Below, piece by piece: positions 48,934 to 57,554 of a stretch of 64,000 nt of DNA (its first letter is position 1; every line of letters begins with the position of its first letter). Origin of the DNA: a virus (taxonomy: Duplodnaviria; Caudoviricetes); the IMG/VR virus record IMGVR_UViG_3300020048_000087, positions 1 to 64,000 of that record. The stretch is one strand, 5' to 3'. Under the pieces are notes generated by a model. That model was not told the origin of the DNA. It saw only the letters and a program-made list of their open reading frames with translations, and made no database searches. Both the position numbers and the translations under genes were made by a program.

Positions 48934-50814
48934 CTATTTTTTAGTGTTATTATTCGGAACGTATTTCTCTAAAATTTCAACAATTTTCGCTTTAACTTCA
49001 GGGTCACCTAAAGCCAACGATAATTGTTTTGTATCAACACCTTGAGGAGCATCAACTTTAATATTTAATGTCATATCCCCACTTAATGTTGATTTATTTT
49101 CAATCGTAGCGGTTTCTTTTTCTTGTGCCGTCACTTTTGAAGACATTTCTTGAAACTCAGTAACTGACATACCCAACGATTGTGATACTTCAGCAATTTT
49201 TTCTTGAGACATTGTCGATGAATTAATTGGTGAACTCCCCATACTAACATTTTGACTTTTTAACACAATATCCCCCATCGCAGTAATAACATTCATTATC
49301 ATTTTAGAATAATTATTATCACCAGCTTGAATATCACTTTCAAGTTTAACTGAACCACCTGCAACATCTTTAGTTACGTTAAGAAACCCATCTTTCACAC
49401 TACTTCCCACAGTTAATAACATTTTACCAAAATCTTCTAATGAACCTTCACCTTTACTTAATTTATATAACACATCAGAAACCGCACCCATATTTTTATC
49501 AAACCCTTCACGTATTGTCTTAATATCTAACGCCTTATTAAATGCGTCGTAGACACCTGTCGCAATTTGATGTTCAGCTTCCATCATCTTACCACCTTCT
49601 TTACTTCCCGCCATAGCGGCACCCGTTTTACCTTTTAAGGCCGTCCGTGAATTTGCGATATCTTTTAAATAACCCGTCTGTTCTTTAGCTAAAGTTAACA
49701 TATCTTTTGGTTGACCATCAGCTAATAATTGAGCTAATTTTTCTTTATCATTACCAACACTTTTTAACGCAACATCAATGTCCGTCATTTTATTGTCAAC
49801 CATAATTGACATTTTACCATCTTTCATTTCGGTAATGTTCGCCAACATTTGTTTTTGTTCGTCAGTTGCAATCTCAGGGAATTGGATTTTTTTCATCTTA
49901 ATATCCATTTCACCAGCAGCTCTTGACATTGTTGATAATTCAGCCGTCGACATACCCAATGTCTTAGCAAGTTCTTTCATTTTACCAACTTGACCTGGAG
50001 CGATTTTAACGTTACCTTTTTCATCTAAAGTCGTTAACTCTTTACCCATTTCAGCAATCGCTTTTTGGAAAGCCTCAGGGTCATTTCGTGACATATTCAT
50101 TAACCTCATCGGGTCTAATAATTCACTTTGAGCAACACCTAATCGTTGAAATGATGCCGCCATTTCAATAGCTCCTTCAGGGTCAAACGCCTTATCAACC
50201 GCGGCTAATACTATACCCATATCAACACGTAAAGACGCTGATGTTGCCGCCATTTTGGCTAAACCACCTACACCACCTGAAAAGTTGACAGTGTCTAACG
50301 CCTTCATATTACTCATAACCGCGGCAGATACTGCCTGAGCACTGACACCTACCGACCTTGCAATATTAACAACATCTTCCATTTGTTTAGTTGTATTATA
50401 TAAACTAAAACCAGCGTTTTTGAATTCGGAGGTTAACTTGGCAGTTGCCACCCCTGTAACATTAGAAGTCGCTAATAAATCGTCAAAATATTCAGAACTC
50501 ATTTGAATATTTCTTCCTGTACTATTGACGAGTTCAATTTGCATATCGGCAATATTTTGCATATTACCACCAATTCTCGCAACGTCAGACTGAGCATCCC
50601 CCATTGATTTTCGATAACCTTCGGCAGATTCTCTACCGATACCCATAACTTTGGCGACTTGAGTGAATTTCTCATCAATATCGTACATAGTCTCTTTAAT
50701 AGCAGACGCTTTGGTATTACTATTAATAACCTCAGTTATTTTACTACCTATAGATTCCCCGTAACTCTTAACCGCGGATTCAACAGGTCCTTTTTTCTCA
50801 TCATCAGCTCCCAT
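48934..50814 (-). CDS. Tape-measure-like protein (T4 gp29-like)
   Basis: Ala/Met/Lys-rich, predicted helical; positioned immediately after the tail chaperone and before the baseplate initiator. Confidence 0.6.
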   Translation of the reverse strand: MGADDEKKGPVESAVKSYGESIGSKITEVINSNTKASAIKETMYDIDEKFTQVAKVMGIGRESAEGYRKSMGDAQSDVARIGGNMQNIADMQIELVNSTGRNIQMSSEYFDDLLATSNVTGVATAKLTSEFKNAGFSLYNTTKQMEDVVNIARSVGVSAQAVSAAVMSNMKALDTVNFSGGVGGLAKMAATSASLRVDMGIVLAAVDKAFDPEGAIEMAASFQRLGVAQSELLDPMRLMNMSRNDPEAFQKAIAEMGKELTTLDEKGNVKIAPGQVGKMKELAKTLGMSTAELSTMSRAAGEMDIKMKKIQFPEIATDEQKQMLANITEMKDGKMSIMVDNKMTDIDVALKSVGNDKEKLAQLLADGQPKDMLTLAKEQTGYLKDIANSRTALKGKTGAAMAGSKEGGKMMEAEHQIATGVYDAFNKALDIKTIREGFDKNMGAVSDVLYKLSKGEGSLEDFGKMLLTVGSSVKDGFLNVTKDVAGGSVKLESDIQAGDNNYSKMIMNVITAMGDIVLKSQNVSMGSSPINSSTMSQEKIAEVSQSLGMSVTEFQEMSSKVTAQEKETATIENKSTLSGDMTLNIKVDAPQGVDTKQLSLALGDPEVKAKIVEILEKYVPNNNTKK

Positions 50815-50851
50815 ACAATATTATTTTGGTATAATATAAATACACCAAAGG

Positions 50852-51013
50852 TTATTTTTCCTTTGGTGCATTATCTTCAATGATTCTATTGATTATGTAT
50901 TTTCTGATATAAGTAGGAATTTTTAAAAATTCACTATATTGAGTTCTTAAAACTTTACCCATAAGATAAAATTCCTCAATTAAAATTTGATTGTAATTAG
51001 AAGAAAGGGCGAA
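50852..51013 (-). CDS. Frameshift extension (GT/gp51-like) of the tail assembly chaperone
   Basis: Not in the track. The +1 frame reads FALSSNYNQILIEEFYLMGKVLRTQYSEFLKIPTYIRKYIINRIIEDNAPKEK*. An internal ATG at 50962 could instead start a 36-aa ORF. Confidence 0.6.
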   Translation of the reverse strand, partial: FALSSNYNQILIEEFYLMGKVLRTQYSEFLKIPTYIRKYIINRIIEDNAPKEK

Positions 51014-51749
51014 AAAACTCCACCCCAAAGGATACGTTAAACGTAACCAATTCTCCAGACGGGGCGTAAACTTCTCTCTTTAAATCCAATGAAGGTTGAT
51101 TGTCTCGTAAAAACGTCCTAATATGTTTTGAATCCATAATTGGGAGTGTACTAACAAATTGTGATATAACACCCGGTTCGCTATTACCATCAACTTCAAT
51201 AATTTGTTTATTCAATCTCCAAGTCACCGTTGGTGCCGTTCTACCTTTAGGATATTGTTCACTCATTTTATCAATTTCTAAACCCTCATAAAAAGTTAAA
51301 GGTCTTAATTTAACAGTTGTATTTGTTTTTGGTAATTTAGCCATAAAATTACCATCAGCGTCAGGTTTTACGGAAATTTCTTTAATGTTTAAAACATCAA
51401 TAATTTCGGTATGTTCAAATAATTTATTAGTTTTTGGGTCAATCAAATTAAGAACATATTCAGGTCCAAATGATGAATTCCTTAAAAATATTAAAATCGC
51501 TTCAACATCACCATCAGTCATTTCTTCAGGTCTTAAATCGTGTTCATAAACTTTATTTCTTAATAAAGTCATTACGATATGTTCTTTTGAATCATTATTT
51601 AATAAATAATTCTCGTCTTCAGCAGTTAAATAACCTACCTTAACCGCAGTTTTTTTTGATTTGTAAAAAACCCCTTTTGAAGGTAATTTAACAACATCGT
51701 GAGGTAAGTTAAAATTTTCTGTTGCTGCTTGTATTAAATCTGCATCCAT
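50997..51749 (-). CDS. Tail/baseplate assembly chaperone, T4 gp26-like
   Basis: VVKLPSKGVFY...GYLTAEDENYLL motif; lies between the tube and tape-measure genes. Confidence 0.7.
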   Translation of the reverse strand: MDADLIQAATENFNLPHDVVKLPSKGVFYKSKKTAVKVGYLTAEDENYLLNNDSKEHIVMTLLRNKVYEHDLRPEEMTDGDVEAILIFLRNSSFGPEYVLNLIDPKTNKLFEHTEIIDVLNIKEISVKPDADGNFMAKLPKTNTTVKLRPLTFYEGLEIDKMSEQYPKGRTAPTVTWRLNKQIIEVDGNSEPGVISQFVSTLPIMDSKHIRTFLRDNQPSLDLKREVYAPSGELVTFNVSFGVEFFRPFF

Positions 51750-51808
51750 ATTTTACTTGTTTTTTATTAAAATATAGTTTACATTAGTTTTTATTAAATA
51801 ATTAAAAC

Positions 51809-51839
51809 AAAAAAATCCACATACTTTAATATGTGGATT
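51809..51839 (-). terminator. Intrinsic terminator after the tail tube gene
   Basis: 10-bp inverted repeat AATCCACATA/TATGTGGATT with a T-tract on the minus strand. Confidence 0.85.
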
Positions 51840-51862
51840 AATAATTTTATATTTGAGTGTTT

Positions 51863-52351
51863 TTAGTAAACTAATACACAACGGTCAGGTCTAAGAGTTG
51901 CCGTGATAGATGCAATAGCATCAGAGTTGTAAGCTAATGAATCGAAATTCACATCAGATAACCAAGCTCCTTCTAAAATCCATTTTTCAACAACAACACC
52001 TGTTGGGTCTAACATTTCCAAGTCAACATTTTTCTTGTAACCTGCAGCATATCCCATACGTCCTGTAACAGACTCCGCACATAAACGAACCCATTCCATT
52101 AATGCTTGTGAAGCAGAAGGTCCGATTGGGTCACGGAACTTAACGTTAATTGTTCCCCAAGTAAAACGTCCAGCAACATAAGTTGACGTATTTAAAAACT
52201 GAACCTCAACCGGGTTAATAGTTATGTGTGGTCTTGATGCCGTCTCAACAAACCATTCATTAATTCCAAGGCTTGAAGGGAATCTCATTATAAACCTATT
52301 TTGTCTTTTAGGTTCGTATGGTATGGGCATTTTCATTAATAAATCAGCCAT
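51863..52351 (-). CDS. gp19: Tail tube protein, gp19-like
   Basis: YEPKRQNRF, YVAGRFTWGTINVKFRD, ALMEWV, YKKNVDL and WILEGAW motifs. Confidence 0.9.
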   Translation of the reverse strand: MADLLMKMPIPYEPKRQNRFIMRFPSSLGINEWFVETASRPHITINPVEVQFLNTSTYVAGRFTWGTINVKFRDPIGPSASQALMEWVRLCAESVTGRMGYAAGYKKNVDLEMLDPTGVVVEKWILEGAWLSDVNFDSLAYNSDAIASITATLRPDRCVLVY

Positions 52352-52527
52352 CTTATTTTTTTTTGTCTTTTTAAGTTTATTTTTATTTTATAAATATCTC
52401 TTGAAAGATTTTTCTATTTACTTCTAATTATTTTTAAAATATCTTTCTAGTAATAAATATCTAGTTTTATTAATTTAATATATTAATTTTAATATTTATT
52501 AATTATCTAGTTTATTATTATAGTTAA

Positions 52528-53358
52528 TTAATATCTTTTTTTAATTCCTCCTGCGGTTGAATAAGTTTTAATAATATTTTCTGGGTCATTCTCAAAATGT
52601 CCTTTAACTTTTTCCACATTTCTTAAATCATCATCTGAAAAACCAATTTGTGGTTCGTGATTAACAATTTTCTTTTTTAAGAAAGCTTGCTTACCTATAA
52701 ATTTTGAAAGATGTTTTACGTGACTCACAAACTCTTTTAAAGCTTTAATCTTACCTTCTTCAGGGTTAGTTGCTGAACCTTCACCATAAGTCACCGGATA
52801 GAATTTACAAAGGTCTAGATATTCTCTAATCATTTCCTCTTTAGATAATTGTTCTTCATCTGCTAAATCTCTATATTTTTCTAAATTTCTAACTAACTCT
52901 TCAGTATTAATACCACTATGATTTGAAACTATTAAATTATAAACCGCTTCTTTCATTACTGAAGGTGTATGTCCTCTAGCCGTAACAATTGAAAAAATTG
53001 AACCATTATTAATTGCCTCAACAAAATCACCCCAAGCAGGACCTTCTTTTGCCATCATAGAGTCAATTATAAAATTTTTATCACCTGTAACTGTAAAATA
53101 TCTAAATGGTAAATCCGCAAACCCAACAATTTGGTGTCCTTCATACTCAAAAGGTTCTTTACCAATTTCTAATCTATACTCAGCAAAATCTTCTGTTGAC
53201 ATCGGTACTTCTTCACCTTCATCATCTTTTAATATTATTTTTGTCGGCATATACATAATATTATCGTCCCAATCAAACGCATAATATTTCATATCGGGAG
53301 TCCCTGTCTCATCAATACCTTCTCTTAATATTTTTTTAATTAAATCATTTGTATTCAT
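52528..53358 (-). CDS. HAD-superfamily phosphatase (PNKP 3'-phosphatase-like)
   Basis: Motif I FDWDDN, motif II VTARGH, Lys in PEEGK, motif IV FSDDD. Confidence 0.65.
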   Translation of the reverse strand: MNTNDLIKKILREGIDETGTPDMKYYAFDWDDNIMYMPTKIILKDDEGEEVPMSTEDFAEYRLEIGKEPFEYEGHQIVGFADLPFRYFTVTGDKNFIIDSMMAKEGPAWGDFVEAINNGSIFSIVTARGHTPSVMKEAVYNLIVSNHSGINTEELVRNLEKYRDLADEEQLSKEEMIREYLDLCKFYPVTYGEGSATNPEEGKIKALKEFVSHVKHLSKFIGKQAFLKKKIVNHEPQIGFSDDDLRNVEKVKGHFENDPENIIKTYSTAGGIKKRY

Positions 53359-53378
53359 ACTTATAAATATTCATATAT

Positions 53379-53412
53379 AAAAAAAAGGGAGAACTTGTCT
53401 CCCCTTTTTTTT
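53379..53412 (-). terminator. Intrinsic terminator after the tail sheath gene
   Basis: GGGAGA-acttg-TCTCCC flanked by A- and T-tracts. Confidence 0.85.
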
Positions 53413-53424
53413 GTTATGTTGTTT

Positions 53425-56400
53425 TTAGATGTTTTCAAACGAAGCTCCCGTTGGTGTTATATAGAATGTGATATCTATAAATTCTAACGCTTTCGTAGGT
53501 TTGATAAATATCTTACCTGTCATTTGGTTTCTATCTAAATCCGCAGTGTCTGAAGAAACTGTTACACGGAAATCGTATAAACCTCTATCTCTTCTGATTG
53601 CATCTAAGATTGGATTAACCGCGTCTAAGAAATCTTGTCTTACTTTTTGGTCGTTTTGTTCAAACAACAATCTCACTGAAACCGCTGAAATCAATTTACG
53701 AGCTTGTAATAACAATCTTCTAACGTTTATTCTATCTAAAGCTGACTCTCTAACTTGAAGAGTTTTATTACCCCATATTACAGTTCCCACATCTGAGAAA
53801 GTAGCGATTGGATTAATTCTACCTTTGTATAGAACGTCTCTATCTTCTTGAGTTAATTTTTTACGTGCTTTAATAGCGTTTACGATACCTCTTGTGTAAC
53901 CTGCCGCCGCGAACCAAGGGAATGCGATGTTGTCAGTCAATGCTAAGTTTCTCGTCACCTCCGCAGTTGGTGGTAAGTAGATTTGTGTGTTATTAACACT
54001 ATCTCTTGTTAATACCCAAGGGTAGTAAGTCGCAGTGTAGTTAGAGTCAATACCTGTTGTTTCAAGGTTATCAATCGCCTCTTGTGGGTAGATTAAATCA
54101 AGTGGGTCACCTGTACTTGGTGTAAACATTTGGTAATCAGGTGTTGTACAGATATAAACTGAATCCGCTCTATCATTTTCAATCATATCAATCGCACTTT
54201 CTACGATGTCAGAATGATTCACATAATCAATACCCGGTGTTGCAAACACGTTAATGTTAACCGCTTCAGGATTTGCGAATGTTCTTTGTCCTAATAGGTA
54301 TGCGTAATAATCTGTATTACCCCAATCTTGTGTATTATCACCAACTGTGATTTGTTTGAATGCTCCCCATCCTGTAGCCGTTGGGTATTTAACTGAAGGA
54401 CAAGCTCCTTTTAAATATCCAGGTCTACCTAATACGAATCTATCAGTATTTGTTCTTGATTCTCTGTATATATCCCAAGCATCAAAACCTCCCTGAACGA
54501 TTAATGTGAATTTACGTGCGAAAAGTCTGTAATATGGGTTAGATTCGTTTGTTGGGTCAGAACTAAAGTTATCTGAACCTACATAGAATGCTGTTGTTGC
54601 ACTTGTGATTGCTGATAACACATATCTGTTTTCTGCAACATTAAATACTTTCTCATAGAATGTGTTATTAACTGTAAGACCTGAAGCTCTGTTATCCATA
54701 TGGAAACCTTTAGTTTTAGTATCCCACAATGCTCCTGTACTTTGAGTACAAACATCTAACGGTAATTGTTTACCTTTATATGCCGTGAAATCGACATCAT
54801 AACCAACAGTGTCTGAAACACCTAAATAAGTTCTACGAACGTTATCACCATTACTTCTAATTGCGTCATCAGCACCTGAAGATAAACCAAATGGGGGGTT
54901 ATAAATAACCTCACCTGGATAATCGTATTTAGTTTTGTAAACAGGGAAAGGTGAACGAACCCCAGCATATGTTCTAGTGTCATAACCTTCGAATCCACAA
55001 GGTAACGCGTCTTGAGGTGCATTTTCATTAACCTCAACCATAATATATTTTGAGTTTAATTGGTATTCACCATCTGATGTTCCTATTTTTTTCGCAATAA
55101 AGTTATTTTGATTAGGGTCCATTGAACAATTCGTAAATTTCTCAATAACAACAGGTGCTGAATCAGAGTCATAAAAATCTCTAACCATAACATCAAACGT
55201 TCCATTTCCGAATGAAATATTCGCGATTGATATCTTAACATCGGTGTTAGCCGCATCACCATCTGCGATAGTTGTAAATCTAAATAAGTTATAAACTTTA
55301 GTACCTCTTAATTCTGAAACAACCCAAGATGATGCTGGTGATTGGTATTTCTCTAAGTAAAAACCTAACGATGTTGGGTCAGCACCTTGTCTTGCGTCAG
55401 GTAATGCCGTTAAAGTTGAGCTTAAACCTCTAATGAAACCTTTTCTCCAAGCGTAATTTAATAACGTTTGGTATTTCTCTTCAACAAATAATGGAACCGC
55501 ATTTCTATCTTTAGAGAAATTACTAGAACCTAATACTTTAGTTATGTATTTTGAATCGGAATTAGAAAATGAAGTTTCAAATGAATAATTAGTACCTGTT
55601 TTACCTGTTGCGTTAACAACAAAAGTCGAATAAGGGTTTTTTGTAACACCAGAATATAACCCTGACATATCTAATTGAACATTATTTAACGTATCAACTT
55701 CATAAACCGCACCATTTTGACTTGAATAATCGGCCAAACCTCTTGAACGTAATGTTGCGATAACTAAATCATCATAATCTAAAAATGATTGACCATTTAA
55801 TAAAAAGTAAGTACCTACAACAGAACCACTATAACAAGAAGTTGTTGAACCAACATCCATACTACCTGTATCACCTGTCGTTGTTGGGTCACAAGGGTTA
55901 TCATTACTAACACATACTGTCCAAGTCGTTGTTTTTGAACCATCTTCAGAAACTAAAGTATAAGTTAAACAATTAGTAAAATCATTTGATGTTACATCAC
56001 TTGTTTGTTGAACTGAATTAATTGAAACATCACTTGTACAAGCGGTGAATGACGAAATTATTTGAGTTTGGTCAATATTAGAAGGTACATAAGCATAAAT
56101 TGTGTTGTTGTTGTAATTAATATTACCGTAAGTTGAACCTATCGTTAAAACATCAATCGTTGCATTAGCATCACCCGTTGATATGGTAACAGTGTCTCCA
56201 ATGATATAACCTGTACCCGCTTGATTAATAGTTACACCCGTAACCAAACCTGAACCGTTAGTTAAAACATCAACTGTTAAACCAACACCTGAACCTCCTG
56301 TTGTTGACACATTTGTACCATTAGTATAATTTGTACCACCAACTAAAGTATTGAAAGTTAAAATATTACCATTAATTAGAAAGTCATTGAATGATGCACA

Positions 56401-57267
56401 ATTTGACATATTAGATGTTTGAGTAACACCTGTTAAATAAGTGTAGAAAGATGAACCTGTATATACACCACCACCAATATTATCAAATAATGAGTAATAC
56501 CAAGCGTCATTTGCCGGTGCTGAATAATTTAAAGTTTCGGCGTTCATTGAATCTGCTTGGAATACGTTAGTTCTTGCGGTATACCCTAAATTAGTATTAC
56601 CACTATAATATGTTCCAGGTACTGCACCATAATAATAAACCGAACTAGCCTCTTTACTTGGTGTTACCATAACGTCAAAAATTTGACTTCTCAAGTCAGC
56701 ATCAAGACTAGTTACACTACCATCAAAATTTTCGTAAGGTAAATTTAATTTATCTAAAATTGCTTGTGGAACACCTGATGTTGTGTATGAAACACTTGAT
56801 GTATTATTATTACATCCTGTGAATGGGATTACAAAGTCTACTTCATAATATGAAACACATTCAGTTATACAATTCGCAGTTATCGCACTTAAACAACTGA
56901 ATTCAATTGTTGTTGGGTCAACGTTTGCTTTAGTCGTGATAGACCAAGATGGACCCGCATCATATCCCGAAAGACCTAAAATTCTAGTCACGAACAATTG
57001 ATTAGATTGTTGTAAGTATGATTTAGCGATATATGAAGCCTCATATTTAGGGATTTGTGTATTTATGAATTTCTCAGGTGATGTTCCCCCGAAGAATGTT
57101 GAGAATTCGTCAAAGTTACGGATAAAAATAGGTTCGAATGCGGGACCTTTTAACGTCTCCCCAACGATACCTAATGTAGTTACCCCTACACTTGATGCTA
57201 CGAAACTCAAATCAACTTCAGAAGTGTAAACTCCCGGTGAAACAAATACTTTACTGTTTGTTGCCAT
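53425..57267 (-). CDS. gp18: Contractile tail sheath protein (gp18-like), enlarged to 1280 aa by insertions
   Basis: N-terminal FVSPGVYTSEVD; C-terminal WFAAAGYTRG, LYKGRINPIATF, WGNKTLQ, LDRINVRRLL and FIKPTKALEFIDITF. Confidence 0.95.
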   Translation of the reverse strand: MATNSKVFVSPGVYTSEVDLSFVASSVGVTTLGIVGETLKGPAFEPIFIRNFDEFSTFFGGTSPEKFINTQIPKYEASYIAKSYLQQSNQLFVTRILGLSGYDAGPSWSITTKANVDPTTIEFSCLSAITANCITECVSYYEVDFVIPFTGCNNNTSSVSYTTSGVPQAILDKLNLPYENFDGSVTSLDADLRSQIFDVMVTPSKEASSVYYYGAVPGTYYSGNTNLGYTARTNVFQADSMNAETLNYSAPANDAWYYSLFDNIGGGVYTGSSFYTYLTGVTQTSNMSNCASFNDFLINGNILTFNTLVGGTNYTNGTNVSTTGGSGVGLTVDVLTNGSGLVTGVTINQAGTGYIIGDTVTISTGDANATIDVLTIGSTYGNINYNNNTIYAYVPSNIDQTQIISSFTACTSDVSINSVQQTSDVTSNDFTNCLTYTLVSEDGSKTTTWTVCVSNDNPCDPTTTGDTGSMDVGSTTSCYSGSVVGTYFLLNGQSFLDYDDLVIATLRSRGLADYSSQNGAVYEVDTLNNVQLDMSGLYSGVTKNPYSTFVVNATGKTGTNYSFETSFSNSDSKYITKVLGSSNFSKDRNAVPLFVEEKYQTLLNYAWRKGFIRGLSSTLTALPDARQGADPTSLGFYLEKYQSPASSWVVSELRGTKVYNLFRFTTIADGDAANTDVKISIANISFGNGTFDVMVRDFYDSDSAPVVIEKFTNCSMDPNQNNFIAKKIGTSDGEYQLNSKYIMVEVNENAPQDALPCGFEGYDTRTYAGVRSPFPVYKTKYDYPGEVIYNPPFGLSSGADDAIRSNGDNVRRTYLGVSDTVGYDVDFTAYKGKQLPLDVCTQSTGALWDTKTKGFHMDNRASGLTVNNTFYEKVFNVAENRYVLSAITSATTAFYVGSDNFSSDPTNESNPYYRLFARKFTLIVQGGFDAWDIYRESRTNTDRFVLGRPGYLKGACPSVKYPTATGWGAFKQITVGDNTQDWGNTDYYAYLLGQRTFANPEAVNINVFATPGIDYVNHSDIVESAIDMIENDRADSVYICTTPDYQMFTPSTGDPLDLIYPQEAIDNLETTGIDSNYTATYYPWVLTRDSVNNTQIYLPPTAEVTRNLALTDNIAFPWFAAAGYTRGIVNAIKARKKLTQEDRDVLYKGRINPIATFSDVGTVIWGNKTLQVRESALDRINVRRLLLQARKLISAVSVRLLFEQNDQKVRQDFLDAVNPILDAIRRDRGLYDFRVTVSSDTADLDRNQMTGKIFIKPTKALEFIDITFYITPTGASFENI

Positions 57268-57359
57268 TATTTTTTTGTTTTTCTTAAAAGATTTATTTTA
57301 TTGATAAATATTCTAGAAAAAACCAAAATACTTTACTTTATACGATGTATTTATATTTT

Positions 57360-57379
57360 AGGTAGAATATTTTCTACCT
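57360..57379. promoter_or_regulatory. Palindromic operator candidate upstream of the RHH gene
   Basis: AGGTAGAA-tatt-TTCTACCT perfect 8-bp inverted repeat in the divergent sheath/RHH intergenic region. Confidence 0.5.
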
Positions 57380-57389
57380 TTTTTCTACT

Positions 57390-57554
57390 ATGGCTGAAGA
57401 CAATAAGAAGATTAAAAACTTAAAAATATCCGAAGAGGTCCACGAAATTTTAAAAAGTTATTGTGATAAAAGAGGTATAAAAATATACCGATTTTTGGAA
57501 AAACTAATTATCGAAAAATGTAAGGATAAGAAAGATATTTACGGAGAAGATTAA
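57390..57554 (+). CDS. Small ribbon-helix-helix-like DNA-binding protein (54 aa)
   Basis: Below the track cutoff. Reads MAEDNKKIKNLKISEEVHEILKSYCDKRGIKIYRFLEKLIIEKCKDKKDIYGED*; has an upstream TATTTATA. Confidence 0.65.
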   Translation: MAEDNKKIKNLKISEEVHEILKSYCDKRGIKIYRFLEKLIIEKCKDKKDIYGED

